Positions 17,814 to 39,450 of a DNA stretch of 64,000 nucleotides are shown one piece after another. The position numbers and the translations under genes are program-made. The notes under the pieces are model-generated. The model saw nothing but the letters and a program-made list of their open reading frames with translations. It did not search any database and was not told the DNA's origin. Position 1 is the stretch's first letter. Each line of letters begins with the position of its first letter. The stretch comes from the human T2T-CHM13v2.0 reference genome, Homo sapiens, in the NCBI RefSeq assembly GCF_009914755.1, contig NC_060931.1; one strand, 5' to 3'.

Positions 17814-19469
17814 ATATGATGTTAATATGTACTGGTTAAGATTTACGCAAAATGCGCTAATAACAGGGGAAGCTGGCTGTGGATCTGGGAACTCTGTACT
17901 ATCTTTATAACTTTTCTATAACTCTAAAATTTACAAAAAAAAATTTATGGATATTTATTTTTAGAAATAAAGTAAAATAAAATATGTATTTTAAAAAGTA
18001 AATAAATCCATAAATAAGTAAATTTTAAAAACAAAGCTTTCAGTAAAATGATACTACTCTTACTGGATCAGAGAGTGCTGTTCCCCTGGAGTCTATGGCA
18101 CAGCACAGGATGGCCTCTCTGTGTGTTCACTGACCCTGTGCTCACCCAGACTGGGGCTATTTGAAACTAACAGTTCCCTCAGTTTCACCAGAAATCCTCC
18201 ATGGCTTGGGCCATTGGCAGCAGGACCTGAGCCTGGTCCTCCAAATTCTCACTCATAACGTTGACTTAAATGACATTCACCACCAGTGCCTTACTCCCTA
18301 CCCCAAGACTCTAGCCTCAGGTGTCTTTTTTTGTTCGTTTGTTTTTGTCTTTAGAGACAGGGTCTTGCTGTGTTGCCCAGGCTAGATTCTAACTCCTGGG
18401 CTCAAGTGATCCTGCCACCTCAGCCTCCTGGGTAGCTAGGATTATAGGAGCAGGGCACTGAGCCCAGTTTATGGTGCAAATCCTATAGATCCATCAAACT
18501 TCAGTCTTGAACTGAGAGGCTCAGGGGACTAGGTTGGAAGGAAGGCTTTTCACAGTATGCCCTTTTGTACCTTTTGAATGTTGGACCATGTCAATGTGTC
18601 AATGTACTATCTACTAAAATAAGACAAAAAACACAAAAACAGGGCTGGGCACGGTGGCTCATGCCTGTAATCCCAGCCCCTAGGGAGGCCGAGGGGGTGG
18701 ATCATGAGGTCAGGAGTTCAAGACCAGCCTCGCCAAGATGGTGAAACCCCGTCTCTATTAAAAATACAAAAATTAGCCGGGTGTGGTGGCAGGAGCCTGT
18801 AATCCCAGCTACTCAGGAGGCTGAGACAGAGAATTGCTGGAACCTGGGAGGTGGAAGTTGCAGTGAGCCGAGATAGTGCCACTGCACTCCCAGCCTGGTG
18901 ACAGAATGAGACTCAGTCTCAAACTAACAAACAAACAAACAAACAAACAAAAAAACCCCCCCCACACACCCCCAGTCCCCTTTTCTCTGTGAATCCTTCT
19001 GACTACTCCAGGGAAGAATGAAGCCTTCTTGCCTCTGGCCTCGTGTTTACTACATTTGGCATTCAGAGTTCCTGCCAGTCAGTGCTGCTGATCACCTTTC
19101 CCTGTGTAAATGTCTGGCTCCCTTCCCAGGCTAGAAGTCCCTTAAAGGAGGCTGGGCATGGTGGCTCTCGCCTGTAATCCCAGCACTTTGGGAGGGAGGC
19201 CTAGGCGGGCAGATCACCTGAGGTCAGGAGTTCAAGACCAGCCTGGCCAACGAACATGGTGAAGCCCCATCGCTACTAAAAATACAAAAATTAGCCAGGT
19301 GTGGTGGAGAGTGCCTGTAGCCTCAGCTACTTGCAGGGGCTGAGGCAGGAGAATCCTTGAACCCAGGAGGTGGAGATTGCAGCGAGCTGAGATCACACCA
19401 CCGCACTCCAACCTAGGTGACAGAGCAAGACTCCATCCCCACCCCCCCCCAAAAAAGAGAAATTATACA

Positions 19470-20143
19470 AATAGTAAGGATGTGAAAGGTGTTTAACCTC
19501 TTTAGTTAACAAGGAAATGCACATTGAAACTACCATGAGATACCACACCCACCTACCAGCATGGCTATATTTAGAAAGACTGACAATGTCAAGTGTTGGC
19601 AAAAAAATGTGGACCAATGACAACTTTCACACACTGCTCATGGGAGTGGAAACTGGTGCAAACTCCTTAGAAAACTGGAAATATTTACTAAACTGAACAT
19701 ACACATAGCTGATAATCAAGCACTTCCACTGCTGGGTATTCACCCAACAGAACTGCACATTTATGTGCATCCAGAGACATACACAAGAATATACAGGCAT
19801 TCTTCATGAATAATACCAAACCAGAAACACCTTCAATGTCCAGAATCATAGACTAGATAAATTATGGTATATTGTACAAATGACTAACAGCTACATAGGA
19901 TATGGTTACTCTCACAAACTATGTTAAACAAAAGGAGCAGGGTACAAAATAATTCATACCGTAAATTTCTGTTTATATAAGCTTCAAAAGCAAGCAAAAC
20001 TAATATATGGTGTTAGAAGTCAGGTGTTGAGGGGGGAATCTGGGGTGCTGGTGACATACTACTAATAGTTCTCCTGGGTGGAAGTTTACACAGGTGAGTT
20101 AACTGAAACTTCATTGACATCTACACTTCTCATTTGTGTACTT
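19470..20143 (+). mobile_element. Old L1M (ME/MD-like) ORF2 end and 3' UTR
   Basis: GGAAATGCACATTGAAACTACCATGAGATACCAC, AGACTGACAATGTCAAGTGTTGGC, TATGGTGTTAGAAGTCAGG. Confidence 0.8.
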
Positions 20144-20214
20144 GAACCCGGGAGGCGGATGTCATTTAAGAAATTTAAGGCGGATGTTAAATGTCATTTA
20201 AGAAATTTATTAGA

Positions 20215-20615
<401 letters not shown>

Positions 20616-20971
20616 TTATTTTTATACATATTTTTTGAGATGGAGTCTCGCTCTGTCGCCCAGGCTGGAGTGCAGTGGCGCCATCTCGGCTCACTGCAAG
20701 CTGTGCCTCCCAGGTTCAAGCATTTCTCTGCCTGAGGCTCCTGAGTAACTGGGATTACAGGCACCCGCCACCACGCCGGGCTAATCTTTGTGTTTTTAGT
20801 AGAGACAGGGTTTCACCATTCTGGCCAGGCTGTTCTTGAACTCCTGACCTCATGATCCACCCGCCTTGGCCTCCCAAAGTGCTGGGGTTACAGGCATGAG
20901 TCACCGCGCCCGGCCAGTCTTTTCTTATTGTGAAAATGTCAAATGTAAACAAGAGGACAGCAGAATATTAG

Positions 20972-21166
<195 letters not shown>

Positions 21167-22098
21167 TAGTAGAGACGGGTTTTGCTGTATTGGCCAGGCT
21201 GGTCTTTACTGTCCTCAAGTGATCCGCCCGCTTCGGCCTCCCAAAGTGCTGGGATTACAGGTGCGAGCCACTGTGCCTGGCCTAGAGTAACTTTCCTTTG
21301 ATGAAATCTGCTATCATTTGTTTCTACAAATCATTCTTCTAAAATACTGTATTCCTTATGAAAATAATATAATCATACAAACAAAATTTCGGAAACTAGA
21401 AACAAATAAAACCCCTAACCTCTCCCATCCATTTAAACATAAATTGCTTTATAATTTTGATACATTTCCTTCTAATCTTTCTTCCTCCACATTAATGTAT
21501 TTTAAAGTAAAATACATTATTTTTCTCATTCAGAGTTTTAGTCACTTTCTCTATAATTTGAAAATAGTTTATTATTTACCCAGCATTTATGGTCATCTCT
21601 AAAATACTTAGCACTGTGAATATATGTCAGATAAAAATACAAAGTAAATTTCACTTAGCTGTTCAAAAAATAGCATAATAATATAGATTAAATTCCAAGC
21701 ACCTTGAAGCAGTTTACACTCTTGATAGTCTTATTTACATAAAGGGGACACTTTTATTTTCTCTACTCTTTAGGTAAGAAAAACATGGCACATGGTTGAT
21801 AATGAGACTATACCCAGAATGCAAGTTTTCCTATCCAACTTTTGCATTACAGCGGGCCTGGTACCAAAATATCAAATATGCAACTTAAAGTACTCTAACT
21901 CATTTAGCTAAGAAATCCTTTCCATTCCCTGCTGTCCAAATTCATCAATGCCTGGTTACTCAGATAATATGAATACACTAGAGTCTGGCTAAAATCTTAT
22001 TTTTAGGTTCATGCTTGAAAACACCTTATAGATGTGATTATTTTTTCCCTATCTATCTTTCTCTATTATAAAGGTAATAAATCTTAATGAACATATCT

Positions 22099-22460
22099 TG
22101 TTAGACTGGGTTGGATTCCCCCAGAAGCAATCCTGTGGGCAATAATTTTCATGCAATATTTTATTTGGGAAGTGATCTTGGGAACCTCTGTTGGGAATAG
22201 GAAAGCGAGACGGGGAAGGGAAGTTAAGCCAACAGAGGGTGTGCAATAGGGCAAGGTTCTGTTGTGGGTGTCGAGGCTGGATCCTGCTGAAGAACTTGGG
22301 GAGACAGTGGAGAACTCACTTCACATCGTCCCAACTACGGAGGAAAGAAGCTGGGGTCGTTATCCTTCAACGCCCATCTGACAGTTGACTGAGGACTATT
22401 TCTGGAGGTGTAACTCCCCAGCACTTCTGGCCTATCTTTAGCTGGAGAAGAGCCAAAAGA
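22099..22460 (-). mobile_element. ERVL-type LTR (LTR33/LTR16-like)
   Basis: TTCCCCCAGAAGCAATCCTG...TTTATTTGGGAAGTGATC pattern typical of these LTRs in antisense. Confidence 0.55.
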
Positions 22461-22469
22461 AAGGTACTA

Positions 22470-24870
<2,401 letters not shown>

Positions 24871-25161
24871 AAGTCTTGATACATTATTACTAACTATAGT
24901 CCACATTTCAGGGCCGGGTGCAGTGGTTCATGCCTGTAATCCCAGCACTTTGGGAGACCAAGGTGGGTGGATTGCTTGAGCTCAGAAGTTTCAAGACAAG
25001 CCTGGGCAACATAGCAAAACCCCGTATCTACAAAAAATACAAAAATTTGTCAGGCATGGTGGCACATGCCTGTAGTCCCAGCTACTTGGGAGGCTGAGGT
25101 AGGAGGATCACCTGAGCCTGAGGAGGTCAAACTGTAGTGAGCCGTGATCGTGCCACTGCAC

Positions 25162-25196
25162 TCCAGCCTGGGCAACAGAGTGAGACCCTGTCTCAA

Positions 25197-25231
<35 letters not shown>

Positions 25232-25287
25232 ATCCCACACCTTATTCAAAAGTCCAGCCTGGGCAACAGAGTGAGACCCTGTCTCAA

Positions 25288-25322
<35 letters not shown>

Positions 25323-25344
25323 AGCCCACACCATATTCAAAAGT

Positions 25345-25346
<2 letters not shown>
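25162..25346 (+). repeat. 91-bp tandem duplication of an Alu 3' end, (AATA)n tail and flank
   Basis: TCCAGCCTGGGCAACAGAGTGAGACCCTGTCTC(AATA)n..CCCACACC.TATTCAAAAG at 25162-25252 and 25253-25343. Confidence 0.95.
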
Positions 25347-27179
<1,833 letters not shown>

Positions 27180-27371
27180 TTAAAATTAGTTTGGTAAATA
27201 CCTAGCAGTGCGTTTGCTGGATCATATGTTAAGACTAAGTTTAGATTTGTAAGAAACTGCCAGTTTTCTAAAGTGGCTGTACCATTTTACATTCGCATCA
27301 GTAATGAATAAGAGCTCCTGTTGCTTGTTGTCCTTACCAGCAATTAGTATTGTTAGTTTTTTGGATTTTAA

Positions 27372-27647
<276 letters not shown>

Positions 27648-28786
27648 TAGGCATGAGCCATCGTGCCCGGCTGGATTTTAGTCATTCTAATAGGTATGTA
27701 GTGGTATCCCACTGTGGTTTAAATTTGCAATTCTCTGATGACAAATAATGAGCATCTTTTCATATGCTACCCTCATTTTAAAATTAGTCAAATATAATCG
27801 CTGTTAGAGAAAATAGGCTAATGTACTGTGGCATTTATAACATATGTAGAAAAGAACCTATGACAAAAATAGCAGAAGGGACAGGTTGGCAGAAATTGAT
27901 TTATATTACAGTTAAGTTCTTATATTAAATGTGAAGTGATATCAAATGAAAGGAGATTGTGATAAAAGTGTACATTTGTAAAATCTAGAGCAACCACTAA
28001 AAAAATAAATAAATAAATACACAAAGAGGTTTAGCTAATAAGCCAATAGTAGAGATAACGAGGAATTGTAAAAGAAAAATAAACCCTCAGTCCCAAAGAA
28101 AACAAGCAAATGGAGAAAAGGAACAAGAAACACATGGAACAAAAAGAAAACAACTTGTAAGATGATAAATTTAGGCTGGGCACAGTGGCTCACGCCTGTA
28201 ATCTCAGCACTGGGAGGCCAAGGCAGGCGGATCACCTGAGGTCAGGAGTTCGAGACCAGTCTGGCCAACACGGCGAAACCCTATCTCTACTAAAAATACA
28301 AAAAATTAGGCTTGGCGTGGTGGCTCACGCCTATAAGCCCAGCACTTGGGAGGCTAAGATGGGTGGATCACCTGAGGTCAGGAGTTTGAGACCAGACTGA
28401 CCAACATGGTGAAACACCGCCTCTACTAAAAATACAAAAATTAGCCGGGCATGGTAGTGCGTGCCTGTAATCCTAACTAATTGGGAGGCTGAGGCAGGAG
28501 AAGCGCTTGAATCCGGGAGCTAGAGGTTGCAGTGAGTCGAGATTGCGCCATTGCACTGCAGCCTGGCCAACAAGAGCAAAACTCTGTCTCAAAAAAAGAA
28601 AAGATGATAAATTTAAAGCCAACCATATCAATCATCAATTAAATGGAAACAGTGTACATATCCCAATTAAAAGGTAGAGATGGAATGGACATGGTGGCTC
28701 AAACCTGTAATCCCAGTACTCTGGGAGGCTGAGGCGGGGCAGGAGGATTGTTTGAGATCAGCCTGGGCAACATGAGAAGACCCTGT

Positions 28787-28817
<31 letters not shown>

Positions 28818-29304
28818 GGAAAGAAAGAAAGGAGGGGAGGGGAAGGTAGGAGGGAGGGAGGGAAGGAGGGAGGGAGGAAGGAAGGAAGGAAGAAAGAGAA
28901 AAATTAGCTGGCATGTGCTTGTAGTCCCAGCTACTCAGGAGTCTGAGGTGGGAGGAGGATTGCTTGAGGCCAAGAGTTCAAGGCTGCAGTGAACTGTGAT
29001 TGCACCACTGCACTCCAGCCTGGGTAGAGTGAGACCTTGTCTCTCAAAAAATACTAAACAACCAATAAAGTAATTATCCCTCCTAAAATAACACAGGAAA
29101 GTAAAAAGAAAGAAAAAAAGAAGAAAATCCAAAATAATTCAAAAATTACACTGAAAAAATTCCATGACTTTCCACAGTAGTATGCAGACACTTAAGTGGG
29201 CAATACACATTTTTTAACACAACAGGAATAATGAGCTTAAGTGTATCTCAAGTTAGTATTATAACAAAGAGAAAAAGATTATTTCAAGTGTCTTTAGACC
29301 ACAG

Positions 29305-29910
29305 TTTTTTCTTTTTTGTTTTTTTTCTTGACACAGGGTCTTGCTCTGTTACCCAGGCTGGAGTGTAGTGGTACGATTACGGCTCACTGCAGCCCCAAAC
29401 TCCTGAGCTCAAGCAATCCTCCTGACTCAGCCTCCTGAGTAGCTGCGACTACAGGTGCATCCCGCCATGCCTGGCTACTTAAAAAAAATTTTTTGTTGTT
29501 GGCTAGGGGCTGTAGCTCATACCTGTAATCCCAGCACTTTGGGAGGCTGAGACAGGTGGATCACTTGAGGTCAGGCGTTCGAGATCAGCCTGGCCAACAT
29601 GGTGGAACCCTGTCTCTACTAAAAGAACAAAAATTAGCCAAGTATGTAGTCTCAACTACTCAGGAGGTTAAGGCATGAGAATCGCTTGAGCCCAGGAGGT
29701 GGAGGTTGCAGTGATCCGAGATTGCACGACTACACTCCAGCCTGGGCGACAGAGCAAGACTGTCTCAAAAAAACAAAACAAACTTTTTTTTTTTTTTTGT
29801 AGAGACAGTCTCCCTATGTTGCCCAGGCTTGTCTCAAACTCCTAGGCTCAAGCTCTTGCCTCAGCCTCCCAAAGCACTGGGATTACAGGCGTTAGCCACC
29901 ATGCCCTGCC
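29305..29910. mobile_element. Nested Alus: + strand Alu (29501-29782) in the linker of a - strand AluJ
   Basis: Minus-strand right arm, then a complete plus-strand dimer, then the minus-strand left arm. Confidence 0.85.
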
Positions 29911-30538
29911 AAGACCATAGTATTTTGACTATACATCCTTAGTGGAAAATTTTTTTAAAGCACACAAAGATGCAAAGAAATCTCACAATTTCCTCAATAG
30001 TCTTGCTGTAAATAGTAATATTAATATTATTACTTTGAAGCTATTTTACATACATTATAAAGCAAATAGGTAATTGTCTTAATGTTATTAGAACTAATAT
30101 TTTCAGTGTAAGAGAAAAGTGATATAGGTAAAAAATCAGTAAGGTTAATTAAACAATTGGATGGTTAAATTTGAATCAGAAATATCGATATAAACTATTT
30201 TCGTTGTTTTCAAAAATACTTATTTCATAGCACTGTCCATTGAAATGACAACCCAGTAGTCATGATCTCTCCCAGTGTCTAAATTGCAGTCTATAAATAT
30301 TCCTCACTAACTGGAACCTGGGCTTTTTATAGGAATGCTGATTGTTAGTATGTGGCCAGAATGAGCCTGAGACATCTTATTTTTGCCTGGGATATCATCA
30401 TGTTACAGAAAGCAAGTAAGCAGTAAGACACACAAACCATCATGAATACATAAAAAACAAAGGCAAAGACAAAACCCCCAAAAAACGCTGACCTATACAC
30501 TTCGAAATTGTTAACATGGTACATTTATGTCATGCGTA

Positions 30539-31246
<708 letters not shown>

Positions 31247-32365
31247 TATATTTTACCATAATTAGAAAAACCAACCAACCAACCAACCAGCAAGAAAACC
31301 CTAAGTTGACACTTAACAGAACGGAAAGCTCAAAACAAGCAAACAAAAGTATGCGTTAGCCACCTGAATGTCTGTGGTCTGCTGTTGAAGTTTCCAGAAA
31401 GCATGAGCCATGTCAACTGGTGTCAACATATCTGAGTGGGTCCTAGTTTCAGCTGGGTCCTCAACGCTGGCGGTCAGCTCCCTTGCCTGCCCTTGTTTGG
31501 CACCTTCTCCCTCCACAAGGCCTGTTCCACACCTTCGCCATTGCTGCCCGCTCCCTGTTGACTGGCGGTGGGGGGCCCTTCCAGCAGATGACTTTGTTTC
31601 TTGCCTCATAGAAAAGCAGGGACCAACCAGCCTGACATCTCTCTCCCTCCCAGGGCCCCTGCAAACACTCAAGTCCACACCCTCTCCTGTCCTTCCTTCT
31701 TCCCCTCCAGTCTCTCAAACGTGGAGGTGCCCCACATCCTTTCAGTCCCCCGCCATTTTTGTGCTTTCTCACCTTAGAACGCTTCCTCCATCAATTTCTT
31801 CCCCTTGTTTTTTGTTTTCTAACCCCCTGCATTCATAATTCTCTTTTTTTAAAAAACAAAACAAAAAACATCACTTCAACCTCTTTTTCTACTGATTCCT
31901 TTCCAGAAGCCTCTAACTAGGTTCAATCTCCCTCATGCCCAATACATACATGCTGCCTTGATCCCAAGCTTTCGCTAGCTATCACAACCTCTCCATCACT
32001 CCCTTTCCATCCACCACTCTTAAAGGACACTACTCTAGTTACCAATACATTCCCACTTTCCCTTCATCCTGCTGCCTCTTGAATTCTGGCTTTTGCTCGC
32101 ACCACTCCACAGTAACTATTCCGACAAAGCTGTTTCAAACTTCCTATTGGATTGCTTGCCCTCCTCCGTTGCTTATGGGCTTCTTCTCTTTTATGTATGT
32201 ACAACTGGCATCTCAGACTCTGTATATCCCAAGCCAAACACATCATTATTTTTCTCAAGTGCACTTCCCTTCCTGAGTTCTTTATTTTTGTTAATGGAGC
32301 TACTGTCACTCAGCTCCATACTTCAGTATCGTATTTGGGCTTTGGGGTTATTTATTTATTTATGT

Positions 32366-33293
<928 letters not shown>

Positions 33294-33535
33294 CATACTT
33301 ATTTATTTTTAAAAGCAATTTAAACTAATTTTCTTCATTAGCTAATTCATCCAAAAGGTTCAAGATTTAAAATATTCAAATTATAAACACTAAAAAGACT
33401 CTCTTTCACTACTGACCCCCAGCCACCCCACTTCTCTTAAACAGGCCACTTAATGTCATCAATTTTGTACGTATTTCTCTAGGGATATATAAACATATGT
33501 AAGCAAAGATGTTTGTTTACATATTTCCTTTTTAT

Positions 33536-34141
<606 letters not shown>

Positions 34142-34250
34142 ACATATTTCCCTTTTACAAATGCAAATAAGGCTACGTGAGCTATGTTCATGCCACTGCA
34201 CTCCAGCCTGGGCAACACAGTGAGACTCTGTTTAAAAAAATAAATAAATA

Positions 34251-34274
34251 GTGCTCACTTTGGCAGCACATATA
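34251..34274 (+). pseudogene. U6 snRNA 5' fragment (retrocopy)
   Basis: GTGCTCACTTTGGCAGCACATATA versus U6 GTGCTCGCTTCGGCAGCACATATA (22/24; both differences are CpG decay), starting at U6 nt 1. Confidence 0.85.
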
Positions 34275-34278
34275 AAAT

Positions 34279-35663
<1,385 letters not shown>

Positions 35664-36739
35664 GTCAAGTGGTTGAGGATTTTATAATTGATTTTTTAGT
35701 CTTAAAAAAAGGAAAAAACAAGAAATAAATAAATACCATTTAAAAAATAAAAAATGCAAGTGATAGCTTGCCATATACACAGTTCTATCCCTTGTGTTTT
35801 TCATGTACATATCTTGGATGTGATCTTACTGAATGCTCTCTCATTCTTTGTTATAGCTGCATAGTGTTTAGCAGTGTTTCTGATTTCTCTCTTGTCTCCA
35901 ACATCTACTCAATTGCCAAGTTATATTAATGATGTATTATTTTTCCTACGGCATCTCTATTCCCAGTGCTGATTAGTTTAGACTTTCACGCCTGGATTGC
36001 CACAATAGCCTCCTGTTTGTCCTCTCCTTAGCCTTTCCTTTATTTCATGCTATTCCGTTAGATTCATCTTAAGTACTGCTCTGATTATGTTATTTCCCAG
36101 CTTAGCAATTTTCTCCTTGCCTGCAGAATCTGATGCTACGTTCTCTCCATTTTTCTTACTGCCCCCTCCTCCTTCATGCTCTGAACTCTTAAGTCACACC
36201 GAAGAGCCTGATGATCCTAGAACAGACCTTGTGAATTTTCACGGGAGCGTTTTCCATATTGTTACTTTACCTTGAGGTAGATGACATTGCCACCAAGTCC
36301 AAAACCACCCCATCCTTCAGTTCAGCTCAGACACTAACTTTCCTCTGAAGGCCTACTGATCCCCACAATTAGTCCAGCAAGCTAAAAGTGAGTCTGGCAA
36401 GGTGCCTAAGAAACATTTAAGGGGTTGCTCATTCTCAGGGTCATGCAAGTGCCAACGCTGCATTCACACACCCTGAGAGTGGGTGGCTTCTTAAATTTTG
36501 CCTCCTCAGTGACTTGCTTACCTCTTCCTAGTCCCAGCCTTTCCTTAGCAGTCCTAGGCCTCCTCTAAACTCCCAAAGAGCTTGATTTGCACATCTCTAA
36601 GGGTGTTCTCTTCCTAGCCTGCACTGTAGTTATTGAAGTACAGACTTCATTTTCTCCCCACTAAGTTCCTTGAGGGCGGCACCACGCCTGACCCACACTG
36701 GATCCCTGGTGCCTCTCCCCGAATCTCACACACAGCCCA

Positions 36740-37510
36740 CGTGTATTTGTTACAGCTCTTTAGGTTAGGACTGTCTGCTCACCTGAAACCATGCTCAAAG
36801 GACTTTCGTAAAAAAGACAAAGGCAATCAGGAGCTATTCAGGAACTTAAGAAACCCAAAGGCAGGAATCCTGTGGGTCTTAGGAAGAGAATCAGAAACTA
36901 GAGCACTGTGGGGAACTCCAGGAACTCCCGCCCCACTCCCGCCCGCTTCCCCTCTATCTGCTTCTCTGTGTGCATCTGCCTTGCTCCTCTCTCACTAATG
37001 ATGGACTTTCTGTTTCTCACTTCATTTAGTGGAAAATTGCCTCTGTCTACAGCTTCCAAAGTTGGGTAACTTGTAGCTCAAGTACACATACACCAAAGGG
37101 CATAGAGAGAAAGAGAGATCTCAACTTTGATTTCAAAATCTCCGTGAAAGGCTCTAATTGGCCCAGGTTGAGTCAGGAACCTGCTTCTGGACCAACTATC
37201 TGTGGCCAGAAGGCACTGCAGGAATATGGCAATCTTGGGGACCTCGGTGGTGTTCATGCATCTTATCTCTATAGCTCCATCATTAGCGTGATCAGCTCCA
37301 TCATCAGCTCCAGCTTCCAGTTTCTGTGTCTCTTAGCCAAACAAACATTCTAAATTCCCAAGACAGAGAATAAACTTGGCACTGCCTGGGTCAGGTGACC
37401 ACCCCTGAATCACGCAGCAATGGGGGATAAAGAGAGACAGGGTCTCAAATATAGGCATGACTGGTGGAGGTCATCTCTGTGAATGAGGCAGTTTCTACAG
37501 AAGGGGGACT
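36740..37510. mobile_element. Old MaLR LTR fragments (MLT1J/K-like)
   Basis: CTCTAATTGGCCCAGGTTGAGTCAGG..CTGGACCAACTATCTGTGGCCAG and CTGGGTCAGGTGACCACCCCTG motifs. Confidence 0.55.
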
Positions 37511-37654
37511 CTGTTGACTAGTGAGTCATACCCAAAGATGAATGCAATGATTGAATGATCTCATTTTAAAAAGAGCAACTGTCCAAAGCTATTAGCTAAG
37601 TATTAGACAGTTATTAGAAAACTCAAACTGGAATCAGTCTCTGAGCCTTGATTA

Positions 37655-37837
<183 letters not shown>

Positions 37838-39157
37838 TTAGGGGGCTGAGGCATGATAATTGCTTGAACCCGGGAGGTGGAGTTTGCTGTAAGCCAAGAT
37901 TATGCCACTGCACTCCAGCCTGGATGACAGGGCAAGACTCTGTCTCAAAAACCAAAACCTTTCTTCCCAATGTCTCTCAAATCTCTCCCTTCCCTCTATT
38001 CCACCAACACCACCATAGTTTGCACTCAGGTCTGATGCTCTGCTGGGCCTTCTTCACTTCCATTCCAGCTGCTGACTGTACCGAGTAATCTGCTCCAAAC
38101 ACGTGGCTTTCCTGTTGTCACCAGTCACTCGGTCTGTCTGAAACCAAACACATCCTCTTTCTATTGAAATTCACTTCCCATTAGAAGACCGTCAACGACA
38201 CTAACATCTCTTCAGCATTTAGTTCTTGAACACCTGGAATTACTTCTGACTTTTGCCCTCCTACTCCTTCACTATCTCATCAGTTATCAAGCAGTGTTGA
38301 ATTTTTCTTTATCGCCTTTGTTGGCGTTCTTCTTTTCATTTCTTCCAGCCATCTCCAACCTGTTAGGGAGTTTAGGAAATTGTTCAAAGACTGATTAATA
38401 AGATGGTATGGAGAGGATATTTGGTTGGGGATGTGGGAATGTCTGAATCCTGTCTTGGCCAGCCATCTCTACTCATCAGGAGTGTGGGGAGTACATGTGC
38501 AATGACACACCAGGGAAAGGAACACTTTATTATTAGCTGGGTATGAACCACAATGCAGAAGTCAGGAAAGATAGGCTGGATTCTGGTCATCTCTGTCTAT
38601 CCTCCCCACATCAATGCCCAAATTTGAGTCTTGGAACTTTTCTTCCGAGTGGGATAGAGGCACACTAACCAGAAAAAGTAGAGAGAAAGACAAATCCACA
38701 GCCTCTTTGCCCCAAGCCCGGGGCCTTGCTAAGACTTTTTCTGTGGGCCATAGCCTTAGGGCCTGGCTACCTTGTGGGAGAGGGAAAGAGAACAAGCTGG
38801 CTGGGCTGCCTCTGAGAAAGGCAAGGGCAGCCCTTGTTACCACTCAGAGTATGTTGAAGAACGGGAAAGACGCAGCACTTTCTGTTGAACGTGTTATCTT
38901 TTAAGGGCTCCATCCCAAGAAAATGTTATTCCATATTCTCCAATTTTAGTAAGATTTTCTTCCTTTGTGTGTGTTTGGTGGTGGGGAGATGAAATTTCTT
39001 CACCATCCTACCTCCACCTTGGGGGAAGGAAGAGGGTGGGGAGGGAGAAGCCTTGAGCGCCCTCTAGAGACCAGAAGCCCAACTCACTCCCTGGTGAATC
39101 TACACTCCTATGACCTTAGTGCTTAGCTCAAAATTGTCAACTGTCTATTGCCTACTA

Positions 39158-39450
<293 letters not shown>

